A DNA stretch of 63,553 nt, filler included, from Octopus bimaculoides (GCF_001194135.2; 6 parts of 6 records of this genome joined end to end with filler, not necessarily neighbours in it), one strand, 5' to 3'; shown: positions 11,469 to 24,789, counted from the whole stretch's first letter. Numbers and translations: made by a program. The notes: generated from the sequence alone by a model not told the origin.

Positions 11469-13396
11469 CAATTCATTTAAACAAATTATTGTATTTCTAT
11501 TCATTGTATTTCTTGTGCCAAAATTGTTCCTTACATTTCAATTAAAAGATGACCACAAACAAGTGCAGGTACAACCTTTCTTCAGGTGTTGTATGTTTTG
11601 TGAAATTAATTATTTACATGGTATTATAATTGTTGTTACAATGAAATTGTTGGTTTGGCCCTGATCAGTGCTAGATGAACAGACCTTTATTCCAAGAATG
11701 TTGAAATTCTTTGAGAATCTGGAGGTTTATTCAATTAGAGAGGTGAATTTGGTAAGTACGTGTATAATGCAAAATTGATAGCAGGAAATATATTACTTAA
11801 AAATATCAATGAAACAAAATAAATAAAAATAAAGATAAAAAATATATAGAAGTAAGAAAAAAATGAAACAAAAACTGTTTAATTCTCTTTGAAATTCTAG
11901 TAACTTACCAGGAATTGGAAGTCCTTCACATGAAATAAAAAAGCTTTAATGAATTAGTGACAACTGTAGTGACACTTCAGCGTTGCCACATTTGTCTATC
12001 ATTTTTTTTTTTACAGCTCAGTCAGCGAGGGCTGTATTACACAAGCCAAGGTAAATAATGTTGCAGACGTTGGAATTGAGTATGTGTGAATGTATTTAAA
12101 TTAGTATTTGTGTGATATGTGTATGAAAGAAAGAGAGAGACACACACACACACACGTTCACATACAAAGAGAGAAATAGAGAGCGGTGGGGGTGCAGGCA
12201 GAACAGTTATGTACTAAGAAGAATAAATAAAAGGAGAGAAAGAGAGGGAGGGAGAACAGCTGCGATGTAGAAGTATGGCATGACAAACACCTTAGTTAAT
12301 GAGTAATGGCCATGTGCCAAGCTAATGAATAACATTCAGTAAACCATTGTAAGCAGAAAGATCTGGGATAACATTGATGTTTCTGTGTCTAAAGAGGTAA
12401 TAGCGGAAATGTGTGATCATTGAGTTCATACTGAATGGAAATTAGCTGTGAAGCCACTGTCCAGCTAAACTGGAGATGAGAACTTTCAGGTGGCATTGGT
12501 ATCTGTTACTGACAATGTAAACTTACCATTACAATAGCATGGATGAAAGAAGATCTGAGCAGATAGAGTAAAGAAGCTTTGTTGTTGACAATATTTTAAG
12601 TTGAAGTATTACCTAATAGATTTAAGGTAGTATGGGAAGGGAAATGAATGAGGATATAAGTGTCATCAGTTTGATGAACTGGTTCTCTCAACATCTGTTT
12701 TCAACAGTAAAAAGAAAATTCTTACAGTTTGTGCTATTTCTGCTTCAAATTTAATAAACTTTTAGATTTCAGTTTTCTTCTTCAGCAATAGCTAAATCAT
12801 CTTATACAATTCAACCTTTATTGTAATTATACTGCAGGATAAGATTTAAATTCAATTTCTTAAAATATTTAAATGGATAACATAAGTGAAACATCTCAGT
12901 GAGGAAAATAAATGTCAGAATGACAAACTTTGCAGAAGAAAACCTACAGCTGGGTTTGAAAGTAATACCCTGCCAAAAATAGTACTCTATTATCATTTAT
13001 AATGTATTTTATAAACTAGACCCCACCCCCATTCATACAATAAATTGTCCACTATTGGCTTTGATGGTGAAAATTCAGCTATTTGATGAACTGAATTATC
13101 TGTTTATTGAATTAACATATAAGTGGCTGAGTATTCCATAAACACAGATATTGTCAATGGAATTTTTAAGCAGAATCAGCATGACCCAGTGTATGAAAAA
13201 GTTGTGCCTTTTAGAATTACAAATACAATCTACTGAACAGGCTTCTTACAGTTACCATTTACTCAGTTTCATTTACAAGGTAAGGGTCAACTTGCAAACA
13301 GAAAATTATGCTTTCCCAAGATGACATGCAGTGGGATCAAACCTAAGGCCTCATGATTGCAACACGAACCTCTTAACCATTCAATAATACTGCACT

Positions 13397-13434
<38 letters not shown>

Positions 13435-13437
<3 letters not shown>

Positions 13438-13669
13438 GGTGGCCCCAAAAAAGGTTTACAGTTATTCAACTATCTCTTTCACATTAACATATTAACAGTT
13501 TAGATCTTAATTATAAAAAAATATGAAACCATTATTCTATGCTAATTTAGTTAATTTTAGCAAACTCCCTTTTCAGTTTGTAAGATAGAAATTTAAATGC
13601 AATAAAATGTTTTAAATGAAATTTAAAGCACCTATGTGATAACTGTAAGCCTACTTTTGGACCACCCTA
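13435..13669. mobile_element. Tc1/mariner-type MITE (about 235 bp)
   Basis: Left TIR cagggtggccccaaaaaaggtttacagttat and right TIR (rc) tagggtggtccaaaagtaggcttacagttat, flanked by TA. Confidence 0.75.
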
Positions 13670-14704
13670 TATATAGGTATCAACATAAAGGTATGAGAGT
13701 TGAATATATGTTTAGTTAACCATGTGACTTCCATTGGATTATGATGGTTTTGCAACTGCTGGTGTAACCATGATGTTCCAATGAGCTAATGAGCACACTT
13801 TCTTTATTTGTATTAATTTGTGAATAGGCAAATATACTGTATAATGCCGAACATACGCATTAATGTAAATATGAATGCATAATTTCTTCCCTACAACACA
13901 CAACACTCACACAATTACACACAAATCACTTTAATGTCCATTTTTCTATGATTGGATGTTTCAGATAAAATCAGTCAAGACAAATTTTCTATAGCCAGAT
14001 GTCCTTGTCATTAACCCGTACTGTTTCCAAGTAAAGGCATATTTTCCCTAATCCTTTGAAAGCAAACAACACTACAATGGTCAGATATGAGTCACAAATT
14101 GCTAATAAATATCACCACATATGGTGATGATACTCATTTACAGCTCGTACATGATGTCATGACAAGGAGGCACAATGATACTCATTTTCATATATATTCA
14201 TACATACATCTATATATAGCATGTGCTTCCTTCTAATTCACTCTCAAGACTTTGTTCAGCTTAGGGTCACTGTAGAAGACACTTGCCCAAGCTGCTCTGT
14301 AGTAGTATTGAATCTGAAATGATGTGTAGCAAAGTGAACATGTTAAACACACACCTATATCTGTGCCTACTAAATCAGTCTGTTTGATCCCAGCTAGTAG
14401 AAACTGTTCTGAGTATGGAAGCAGATATTGAAAGTAGGAACAACCAGAAAAATTTGATTTCTTTCTCTGACATACATTTTGAGCTAATGGGACACTAACA
14501 CACATACACACATGTGCACACACATACACACACACACACATATGATGGGTTTGCTTCTCAACAAATTGCTTGGAGTCTTCACTGTGTTTACTTACATGAT
14601 TAAATCGTCTTTTTATGCAATTGAAACTAGTAGCATATTTTGATAAAAATGTAAATACTTTCTTTTATCCATGAAAAAGTTCTTAGAGGATTTTGTTTTT
14701 GTTT

Positions 14705-14861
14705 TTTTGTGGCTGTGTAGTAAGGAGTTTGCTTCTAACCACATGGTTCTGGATTTACTCCCACTGTATGGCACATTGAGCAAGTGTCTTGTAGAATAGC
14801 CTTGGGCCAACCAAAGCCTTGTGAGTGGATTTGGTAGATAGAAACTGAAAGAAGCCTGTTA

Positions 14862-14903
<42 letters not shown>

Positions 14904-15118
14904 TGTCTTTGTACCCATGTTTGTACCCCACCACAACTTGGCAACCGCTGTTAGTGTGTTTATGTCACCATAACTTAATGGTTTGACAGACAAAAGAGAC
15001 TAATAGAGTAAGTAAGAAGCTTAAAAAGAAAATAAGTACTAGGGTCGATTAGTTTGACAAAAATTTCTCAAGACAGTGCCCCAGAATGGCCACAGTCTAA
15101 TGAGTAAAGCAAGAAAAA
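14705..15118 (+). mobile_element. SINE family A, CpG-decayed
   Basis: Same motifs, with most CpG changed to TpG/CpA. Confidence 0.8.
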
Positions 15119-17539
15119 GGTACACACACACACAGACACACACACATGCAACACACACACACACACACATGCACACACACATGTGTGTATGCATGCACAC
15201 ACAAATATACATAAATATATAGATACATATTATTCTGACCATCTATTGTATTGAAATAGTTAAAAATACAAGACTAAGATAGTCTGCATTTATTATAAAC
15301 CCCTAGGTTATTCAAGAACATTTGAATAAAACCTCTAAATACAGAAATATTTTTAAAATGAAACTAAAAATAAATCCACATATGAAATATCCCTGAGAAT
15401 AACTTATATTTGAAAACCATTTATAGTAAAAGTCGTTTTTAAAATCTTTTTACAACCAATTCAACTCATCATTCTTCTAATCAGCAAACTCATTTAACAA
15501 TGGACTTATTCTAGAAATTATTTCCCATAAGTAATACATTTAAAGAAATATTTACTTTGTATAGTCTGTAAATTTCAACAAACCTGGCAATATTTTGAAA
15601 AAAATAAAAGAAGGAAAAAAGAAAAACAAAACAGTAGGAAACCCAAAAAACAGCAAAGAGAATATTCTAGACTCTGTGAATTTACCCTCATCCCCACCTT
15701 AATAACACCAACTGAATAATGGCATGAGACTAGCAAAACATGTTTTCATAGGTGAGTTATCAGAAATTTTGCTATCTGCTGGTGTCCTGCTAGTTCTATG
15801 TGCTATACTCATAACTTCTACAACCAGACATGCCATTCATTTTGAGTGCTAAATTAAATCAAATATTTGCAATGAATTGCAAATTAATTCTCCATAAATT
15901 GGCCATGACATGTCATTAAACAAGTCCAGCAAATTACCCTTCATTGCTCGTCAATTAGGAGCTCCCAGTAGATCTGCAGTTTGTGAGACAAGAAGCGAAG
16001 GAAGATAATACAGCAGAGCAGTAGAGAAATAATAATAACAATAATAATGAAAAGAATAAGGTGGTTGAGAGTCAGAAGAGTGAAGATAGCAGGCGTAAGC
16101 TGATGTGACAGTCGAAGGAAAGTAGCCCAATTTACTTCTACCTTCTGTTTGTCTGATCATCCCAAAGTTATCTCAATGAAGTATGTATTGCCATCAATTT
16201 ATTTATGTATTTATAAAAAAAACTTGCCATAAAATTTGGAAAAAAAATCTATATTAAAATATTATTGGCATTACTCAAATAGTGTTCAAAATTAGCGAGT
16301 GGGGAAAAAACCCGAACATACAAATATGAATATAATAAAAAAAAAAATAACATGTAAATATAATGCAATGAAAAATACCCATATCTAGATATATTGTTGA
16401 AAAAAAAAAAATGAAAAGAAAAACCCCAAACAAAAAGAAGAAAGCAAAAATAACCAAACCTAAATATATGGATGGAGAAAACAGATATTAATAATAAATA
16501 TATTGATTTGGGGGAAAATTTAAAGAAAAATAAATTTGTTTTGCTTTGAAATCAAACTGAAGTTGTGCAAGTGAATATTCAGATTATGTTGCTGATGTTG
16601 CTGCTGCTGCTATCACCACCATCACTACCTCCACAGCTGCTACTGCTGGTGCTCTTCTTTTTCTTTGTATGTATGTCTTTACGCTATTTCTATATTATTT
16701 TTGTGTTTTTTAACCTTTCCTTGCCTGCTTATACTGACACTGAAATACTTTTCAATTATTTTATAAAAAAAAATTCTTATTCAAATTTACCTTATTATAA
16801 GGTTCAACATACCCTATTTCAATACCCAAGATATGTCATCACTGTAGATGTTTAAGTGTTTATGTGTACACACACACACAGAGACACACATACACATACA
16901 CACACATATATATTTACAATTGCTAGAATCAAACCATGATTATTAAAGGTAGGTTTTTTTAAGCAGTGATGGAAGATACAGAAGCTGTTCATCTGATATC
17001 ATTAGATTACATATAAGGTGAGAGAGGAATTAATCAAAATAGAGAGCTAAATAGAAGGTAATTATATGACTGTTTCTTCCTCTGGTCAGAGTAAAGTCCT
17101 TTTTTATGAAATATATGCGGCTGTAACTATGAGAATTTGCATGTATAAATAACAACAACATATCACAGTTTTACTTATATAGTGTGTGCATGTGTGTGCC
17201 AGTTTTATTGCTGTTTAATCCTAGGACAGCCACAATGAAGTTGACCTTCAATCAAAGGCTGTTTGACGATCCCAGGTGGCTGGGTATGATCTGCAGAAAA
17301 TTTGACTGGTATTTCTAGCTGGTTGAGCAACCTTGTGGATGCTCTTTTGTTGGCTCATGTGTGCGTGTGTGTGTTTATAATAGTAAGTTCATTTTGTTTC
17401 TTGTAAGCAAAGCAATGTATCTTTCTTATGGGTCCCAAAATATGCATTATTGTAGAAATTTGTGGCTCATCAGTTGTAATATTGTGAAAATTAATGGAGC
17501 ATTTGATACTTTGTTGTAAAAGAAGGATGAGTGCTGTAT

Positions 17540-17735
17540 CCAAAAGTACAGAGCACTCTCAAGTTAGTTGAACCCATAGAAGAAGACCAAGGAAAACTTT
17601 GGCTGAAGAAGTGAAGGCTGACCTGAAGTTGCAATTTCTCACAGAGGAAATGACAAACGACCACAAAGATTGGTGATATTCAGTGATACAGAAGACCAGT
17701 CCATCCATGGTAAAATGCATCCTAACACAACATTA
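17540..17735 (+). mobile_element. RTE-type LINE 3' end relic
   Basis: Peptide RRRPRKTLAEEVKADLKLQFLTEEMTNDHKDW.YSVIQKT matches the RTE ORF end (GRPRKTW...V..DL......RD.WR..V). Confidence 0.7.
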
Positions 17736-17872
17736 ATGTCTATATGTATATGTATATGCATATATATGTATGTATGTGTGTGAGTGTATATATATATGTA
17801 TATGTGTATGCGAGTGCGTTTGTGTGTGTGTGTGTGCATAAATGCTCATGTCTGCTTACACATGCACATACG

Positions 17873-17915
<43 letters not shown>

Positions 17916-18142
17916 CATCATCCTCATCCTTTAAAATTCGTTTTCCGTGCTGGCATTGGTTAGATGGTTTTACCAGAGTTGGCAAGCAGGAAACTGCACC
18001 AGGTTCCATACATTCACACACATACATAAACAAATAAATGCAAACTCTATCTCATAAATTAGTGATTATACAGCAAATCAAAATCAATTTCAAAGTCTGT
18101 CTTCTGTACAACAAAATTCGCAAATTTCTCAATGTACTTTTG

Positions 18143-18176
<34 letters not shown>

Positions 18177-18420
18177 CAATATTTGTATATGTATATGTAT
18201 ATATCAATAAATAATAAATCTCTGAGCGAGGTATAAACAGTGGCCGCATAACATTGTGAAGTATATTTGCCACTTAAATGTGGTTAACCCTTAAGGGTTG
18301 ATGCTACTGTAGCTTGTAGCCCCAGGAAGACATCTCCTCCAGCTGGCTATTGACACACTATCTGTGCCCTATCAGTATTTGAAAAGAGAAGTCATTGTTC
18401 TCATCTCCAGCCTGACATGA

Positions 18421-18467
18421 TACACATGGACCCAAGTTTCTGGGTTTTGACCCCTCATCAGTGTGTG
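18421..18467 (-). ncRNA. Degenerate hammerhead-like fold, family D
   Basis: Minus strand: ACACA-CUGAUGA-G-GGGU-CAAA-ACCC-A-GAA-AC-UUGG-GU-C-CA-UGUGU. The core is intact with a GUC triplet, but there is a G.A mismatch at the base of stem II and a 2-nt offset in stem I. Confidence 0.45.
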
Positions 18468-18537
18468 ACAACTACCAGTAGGTAATGGGAAGTGATTCTC
18501 GATGTTTTTAATGGCTGGATGGAATTTTCAATGGCCG

Positions 18538-18598
18538 GATAATTGAAGAGATGTTGCCGTGGGTTCCCACCCCGGCATCTGAAACTCGGAGTTTTATC
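18538..18598 (+). ncRNA. Hammerhead-like fold, family C
   Basis: GAUAA-UUGAAGA-[long stem II gatg..gccg/cggcatc]-GAA-ACUC-G-GAGU-U-UUAUC. Stem I is GAUAA/UUAUC, stem III is near-palindromic, and the core has a C3U change. Confidence 0.5.
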
Positions 18599-18700
18599 AT
18601 GGCTACCTACTAAGTGTCGCATATTTTTACAGATAAATTCCTCTATTTACATAATATCAAGGTCTCTTTCTTTCTTTTGTTGTCCTTTCTATCAATATAT
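18538..18700 (+). mobile_element. Short Penelope-like repeat (family C) ending at (TA)n
   Basis: The same sequence (cggcatc.gaaactcggagttttatcatggctacc...gttgtcctttctatcaatatat) recurs at 56331-56470. Confidence 0.65.
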
Positions 18701-18865
18701 ATATATATATATATANNNNNNNNNNNNNNNNNNNNNNNNNNNNNNNNNNNNNNNNNNNNNNNNNNNNNNNNNNNNNNNNNNNNNNNNNNNNNNNNNNNNN
18801 NNNNNNNNNNNNNNNNNNNNNNNNNNNNNNNNNNNNNNNNNNNNNNNNNNNNNNNNNNATATATA

Positions 18866-19720
18866 AAGGGTGCAGTGAATAAACTGTCATCTAAATTACA
18901 CAAAAGGGAAAATAACATTGACATCTTGTTTTAACAGATATATTTACACCAAAATTACATAAAAATATCTTGAAATATTAAAGAATAAATATATTCAATA
19001 AAATCGTCTTTGGCTTCAACCATGCCTTCCAGATGACTTTGGACAGTTTCCTTGTTTAAGTTGGTGAATGCAGCTATAATCCTTGCCTTCAGTTCATCTT
19101 TGGTGCTACAAAGAGTTATGTTGGTCTCTTGTTCAACTGTGCCCTACACATAGTAATCAAGGGAGTTAGGTGGCCAGATTGTAGGGGTGATGTGGTTGCA
19201 GAAATTATCTGACAGCTATGAATGAGTGTTCCTGTTTGTGTGGCATGGTAAAGAGTCCTGTTGTCAGACATAGGGTCTTACAGCAACCTCTTGACCCAGG
19301 GCAGCACTACTTCCTCCAGGCAATGTTTTGAATCTGAGGCTGCATGGGAAGATGAATGGAGGCATAATGGCACCATCACTAGTGATCACTCCACACACCA
19401 TCATGTTGACTGGATGTTTGATTTTTTATCACTCTTGCTACATGTCCTCATATTCCACCTTCCTCAGATTAACACCCAAACATTCTGAAATATTTGTATT
19501 GGAGCTTCTGGCACAAATGCTGAGCAGTACAGCTTGTCATTTCCAAATTTCTGGCAGATTGAATTGCATCATGGTGCTGTTTTTCTCACAGATGGTGCCC
19601 AACCGATTCTATTATATTGTGTAGTCAAAATCGAGCAATGTGCATGCATGAAATTAACTATATAAAATGTCAAGAATTTACCCATCACACCCTGTATACA
19701 TAAATACATCGCACCCTGTA
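18866..19720 (-). mobile_element. Internally deleted Tc1/mariner-superfamily transposon (maT/DD37D-like), pseudogenised
   Basis: Minus-strand peptide KHPVNMMVCGVITSDGAIMPPFIFP...QQDSLPCHT...IWPPNS.LDYYV.G.VEQETN...KDELKARIIAAFTNL...VEAKDDFIE, with (c/a)agggtg-type TIRs at both ends. Confidence 0.85.
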
Positions 19721-20285
19721 TAAATAAATATTTATATGTATATTTATTTANNNNNNNNNNNNNNNNNNNNNNNNNNNNNNNNNNNNNNNNNNNNNNNNNN
19801 NNNNNNNNNNNNNNNNNNNNNNNNNNNNNNNNNNNNNNNNNNNNNNNNNNNNNNNNNNNNNNNNNNNNNNNNNNNNNNNNNNNNNNNNNNNNNNNNNNNN
19901 NNNNNNNNNNNNNNNNNNNNNNNNNNNNNNNNNNNNNNNNNNNNNNNNNNNNNNNNNNNNNNNNNNNNNNNNNNNNNNNNNNNNNNNNNNNNNNNNNNNN
20001 NNNNNNNNNNNNNNNNNNNNNNNNNNNNNNNNNNNNNNNNNNNNNNNNNNNNNNNNNNNNNNNNNNNNNNNNNNNNNNNNNNNNNNNNNNNNNNNNNNNN
20101 NNNNNNNNNNNNNNNNNNNNNNNNNNNNNNNNNNNNNNNNNNNNNNNNNNNNNNNNNNNNNNNNNNNNNNNNNNNNNNNNNNNNNNNNNNNNNNNNNNNN
20201 NNNNNNNNNNNNNNNNNNNNNNNNNNNNNNNNNNNNNNNNNNNNNNNNNNNNNNNNNNNNNNNNNNNNNNNNNNNNNNNNATATA

Positions 20286-20328
<43 letters not shown>

Positions 20329-20350
20329 TACTATACATTTAATGTTGATG

Positions 20351-20385
<35 letters not shown>

Positions 20386-20913
20386 TAGTTAATATTTTGT
20401 AACATTATTGGTATTATTATTAAATATGTATTATATAATCAGATGGAGCAAGTGGGGTAGGCATGTAGTTATAATGGAGCAAAGATAAAAAATCCCCAGC
20501 TAAATAAAAGCAAACACAACTTCAGCCGCATTGGTAACAACATCAAGAAGGAATAAAAATAAATATAAACTATATTTCAGTTTTATTTACTTCCTATTAG
20601 ACTCTGTAACCTTACAGACTGTTTGATAATATTAGCTTAAAAAAAAAAAGACATGGAGACATAACAACAAATACTTTTGATAAATATTTCTGCTTATTTT
20701 ATGCATCCACATATATAGAAAACACAGATATGTATAGATATTTTTTCCTTTTTCTTCTTGACTGGCTTCATCATTACTATCGTCATTACCATAAGCACCA
20801 CTACTGCCATCATCATCATCATCATCAACATCAGTAGCATTACCAACACTATCATCATCATCATCATCATCATCATTATTATTATTATTATCACTATCAT
20901 CATCGTCATCATT

Positions 20914-21135
20914 AAGGTGGAGAGCTAGTAGAAATGTTAGCATGCTGGGTGAAATGCATAGTGGTATTTCGTCTGTCTTTATGTTCTGAGTTCAAATTCT
21001 ACCAAGGTCGACTTTCCCTTTCATCCTTTTGAGGTCGATAAATTAAGTTCCAGTTGCATACTGGGGTTGATCTAATTGACTGGCCCCACCTTCCCAACAA
21101 AAAATTTAGGCCTTGTGCCTAGAGTAGAAATGAAT
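20914..21135 (+). mobile_element. SINE family B
   Basis: aaggtggagagctagtagaa...gagttcaaattc...ggtcgataaattaagttccag...ccttgtgcctagagtagaaa. Confidence 0.85.
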
Positions 21136-21854
21136 ATAATCATCATCATCATCATCATCATTATCATCATTATTCATTTTTGTTTAAATGTTCACTTTTG
21201 CATGCTTTCATGGGTCTGGTGGAATTTGTTGAGGAAGATAATTCACAGCCAGATATTCTTCCTGTTACCAACCCTCACTTGTTTCAAAACATGTTACTAG
21301 TTCTCCATTGTGAGACATGTTTTCTTGGAAGATTGGAAATGAAACGACAACACTTGTTACAGCTATTACACAATGTCAAAGCAAGGATACACAAATGCAC
21401 TCATGCACACACACACACATGCATGCATGCGCACACATACATATGAGCCGGTGGCATCTAAAAAGCTTCCAGTACACTCTATAAAGTGGTTGGCATAGAA
21501 ACCATGCCATAGGAGACATATTGAGCATCGTCAGTTCTCTGGCTGGCCAACTCCTGTGAAACCATCCAATCCATGCCTGCATAGGAAACGGATGATAAAA
21601 GATGATGATGATATTGATAACACACACACACACACATACACACACAGCTGTTCTTTCAGTTTCTGTCTACTAAATCCACTGTCTAGTTTGATCAGCCCAA
21701 GGCTATAGCAGCAGCAGACACTTGTTTAAACCGCCCTGCAGTGGGACTGAACTCCAAAACCATGTGGTTGAGAAGAGAATTTCTCACACACACACAAACA
21801 CACACACACACGTACATACATTTATATATGTGTATGTTCTTTTATATAGACACA

Positions 21855-21916
<62 letters not shown>

Positions 21917-22506
21917 GAATATACAAGTATGCATCCAGTTCCTAAGATAATTGACTCAGTTGAAGAGAAATCCTTGTTAAAGAAATTATTCCTTCCCTGG
22001 CAGAGTGGAAAGAAAAATTGCTGGCAACTAAATAATTTGCGCCTTTATTTTTGACATCTATTATTTTTTGCTTCTTCCCTATTTCTTATTTTAAATATCT
22101 GAAATATACAGCAATTTGATTCTTGGAAATTGTATTCCCTGAGAATTTATTCCTGAATATGTTTTAAAAAATATTTTTCTTACATATTGTTGTTCATGAT
22201 AATTGAAGAAGTCAGAAATATCAGTTTCAAACTTAGAAATAATGGATACAGAAGATGCCACAGATATATTTTGATACAAATGTAGGGGCCAAAGTGAAAA
22301 ACTGTAAAATACAGTGCGGAATAGAAAAAAATACCAGCACCTGTGTTTGTCAATGCACAGTTGATTATGAATGATCACACACACACACGCACACACACAT
22401 ACACATAGATAGATAAATATAAATACAGGGATAGATTAACGTGTGTGTGTGTGTGTTTGTGTGTGCGTGTATAGACAGACGAACAGATAACAAACAGATA
22501 AAATAA

Positions 22507-22539
<33 letters not shown>

Positions 22540-23124
22540 GAGGTACATAGGTTGGTGTATATGCTTGTGTGTGTGAGTGTGTGAAGATATATATATATAT
22601 ATATATATATACATACACACACACACACACACACACAAACACCAGCATGATTAAAGCTGCATGGTTGAAACATATAAAAGAATATATTTGTACATATGGA
22701 AGACAGCTTTTCTTTTAAACATATAACATGAAAAACATGATCATATTCTAGTTATATCAAACAGTGATAGTGGACAAACATGTTATAAACATAAAAAAAC
22801 ATGCACCTTGACACACACACACACAAATACATATACATACACACACATATATATGCACATACACACACACACACAAACAATAGGCTTTTTGCAGTTTCCA
22901 TCTACCAAATCCACTCCTCACACGGCTTTAGTTGATCCAAGGCTATAGTAGAAGTTATTTGCCCGAGATGCCACACAGTGGGACTGAATGCAAATGACAT
23001 GGTTAAGAAGAAAGCTTTTTAAAACTCTCTATATAAGATGAAGAGCATAAAATATATTGAAAATATGAATGGATCTCGGGAAGAAAAATGTAGGTGATAT
23101 TAATAAAAATAATCTATCACAGTA

Positions 23125-23640
23125 TATGAGGTGTGTTAAAAAAGTATCAGATTTTTTTTTTTTCCAGCCAAAACTGGTCCCACATGGGAAAAATCCTTGG
23201 CTGGGAGGTGACGCCACTCTTTCTGCACATATATGAAAATTTTTGCACTGCTAGTTCCCAATTGTCACACCTAGAGTACAGACATGTAGTGTGTTTTTGT
23301 CAGATTTTTGTTTTCATAAAATGCATCAAGCAGGGATATTGCATCAAATTTTGTCAAAAGCTTGGCAATGTTCAAGCTCAGACCATCCAGAAATTCAGCA
23401 GGCCTTTGGCAATGAAACCATGGGCAAAACTCAGATCAAGGAGCAGTACAACTGCTTCAGACATGGCTGCACCTCCATGGAGAGTGAGGCATACTCAGGC
23501 AGGCCGTCCACAAGCTAAAACAAAGAGCTGATTATGAAGGTTTGGTGAATAGTCATAGAAGACCGTCATGTAAACAATCCAGGAAATTGCTCACAAAGTG
23601 GGAATAAGCACAGGATTAGTGGGAATAAGCACTGGTGATG
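23125..23640 (+). mobile_element. Mariner transposon 5' relic (TIR and HTH region)
   Basis: TIR-like tatgaggtgtgttaaaaaagtatc. Frameshifted peptide YCIKFCQKLG...QAFGNETMGKTQIKEQYNCFRHGCTSMESEAYSGRPSTS...IQEIAHKVGIS. Confidence 0.85.
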
Positions 23641-24404
23641 AGACATGTGTTTATAGTCTCTGCTTGATGCGTTTGGTCATCTTGTGTGAAAGTAGAAGTC
23701 CAACAGGTGCACACTACATGTCTTTACTCTAGATTTAATAGGTGGGGATCAACACAGCCTACCAGTGAGAAAATTTTCACACATGCACAAGAAGTGGTGG
23801 TGGTGGGTCACTTTCCACTGAAAGGATTTTGCTCACACAGCAGTAGTTTTGGCAGGAAAAAATAAAGTCAGATACTTCTTGAATGCAACTCATATATGGT
23901 AAGTTAAAAAATTAGAAAGGCAGAAATATCTATATTGACAACAAGAATGGTTAAAGCTGAAGGGGGAATAGAGAAAATTTAAATGTTCTGATGAAGAGTT
24001 GAGTATTGATCCATTCTTCTGTATAGAAATAAGCATTGAAATATAAAGTGTTGAAAATGTCAATGACTGCATTGTTAAAGATATATTGAGATCAAGAATG
24101 TCTATTAAAGTATAAAGAGTAAAAGTGAAAATAGAGAGTGTCTGTGATTGTTCATGGTAAATGATAAGATATTGATCCAATCAATCAGATGATGGTATGA
24201 GTTTTTAGTGTTTTGAGAGGTATTTGTTTAATGAATGGATTTAAACAAATCTCTCATTTACATAATTTGCAAATTAATTAAGGTTTTTGATTTAAGAAAG
24301 ATACTCTTCTTAACCATACGTAATCTGCAATAATCTGTTCTATTTCCATATAGTTTGCATCTTTCAAGAATCTTTCACCTGATATTGAAATTTGTTGATT
24401 AGGC

Positions 24405-24785
24405 ATGGCTGTATGGTTCAGAAGCTTGCTCTACAACTACGTAGTTTTGAGTTTAGTCCCATAGTGCAGCACCTTAGGTAAGTGTCTTCTACTATAGCTA
24501 AGGGCCAACCAATGCCTTGTGGGCAAATTTGGTAGACAGAAACTGTGCTGAAGCCTAATATGTATATATGAATGTGTATATTTGTGTTTATTCCCAAACG
24601 TACTGCTTGATAATTGGTGTTGGTTCATTTTCATCTCTGTAACTTAGTGGTTTGGCAGATGGGATGGACAGAACAAGTACCAGCCTTTAAAAATAAGTAC
24701 TAGGGTTGATATGTTCAACTACATTTGTCAAGGAGTTACCCTAGCATGACCTCAGGCCACTGATTGAAACAAGAAAAAGATACAA
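24405..24785 (+). mobile_element. SINE family A, CpG-decayed
   Basis: ggcatggctgtatggttcagaagcttgc...gattgaaacaagaaaaaga. Confidence 0.78.
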
Positions 24786-24789
24786 TATA

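Noticed and set aside
23880-24380. Possible very degraded RT-like remnant on the minus strand (ID.ILDLN-like)
   Set aside because: Too many stops and frameshifts to call by eye; it needs a translated search against PLE RTs.
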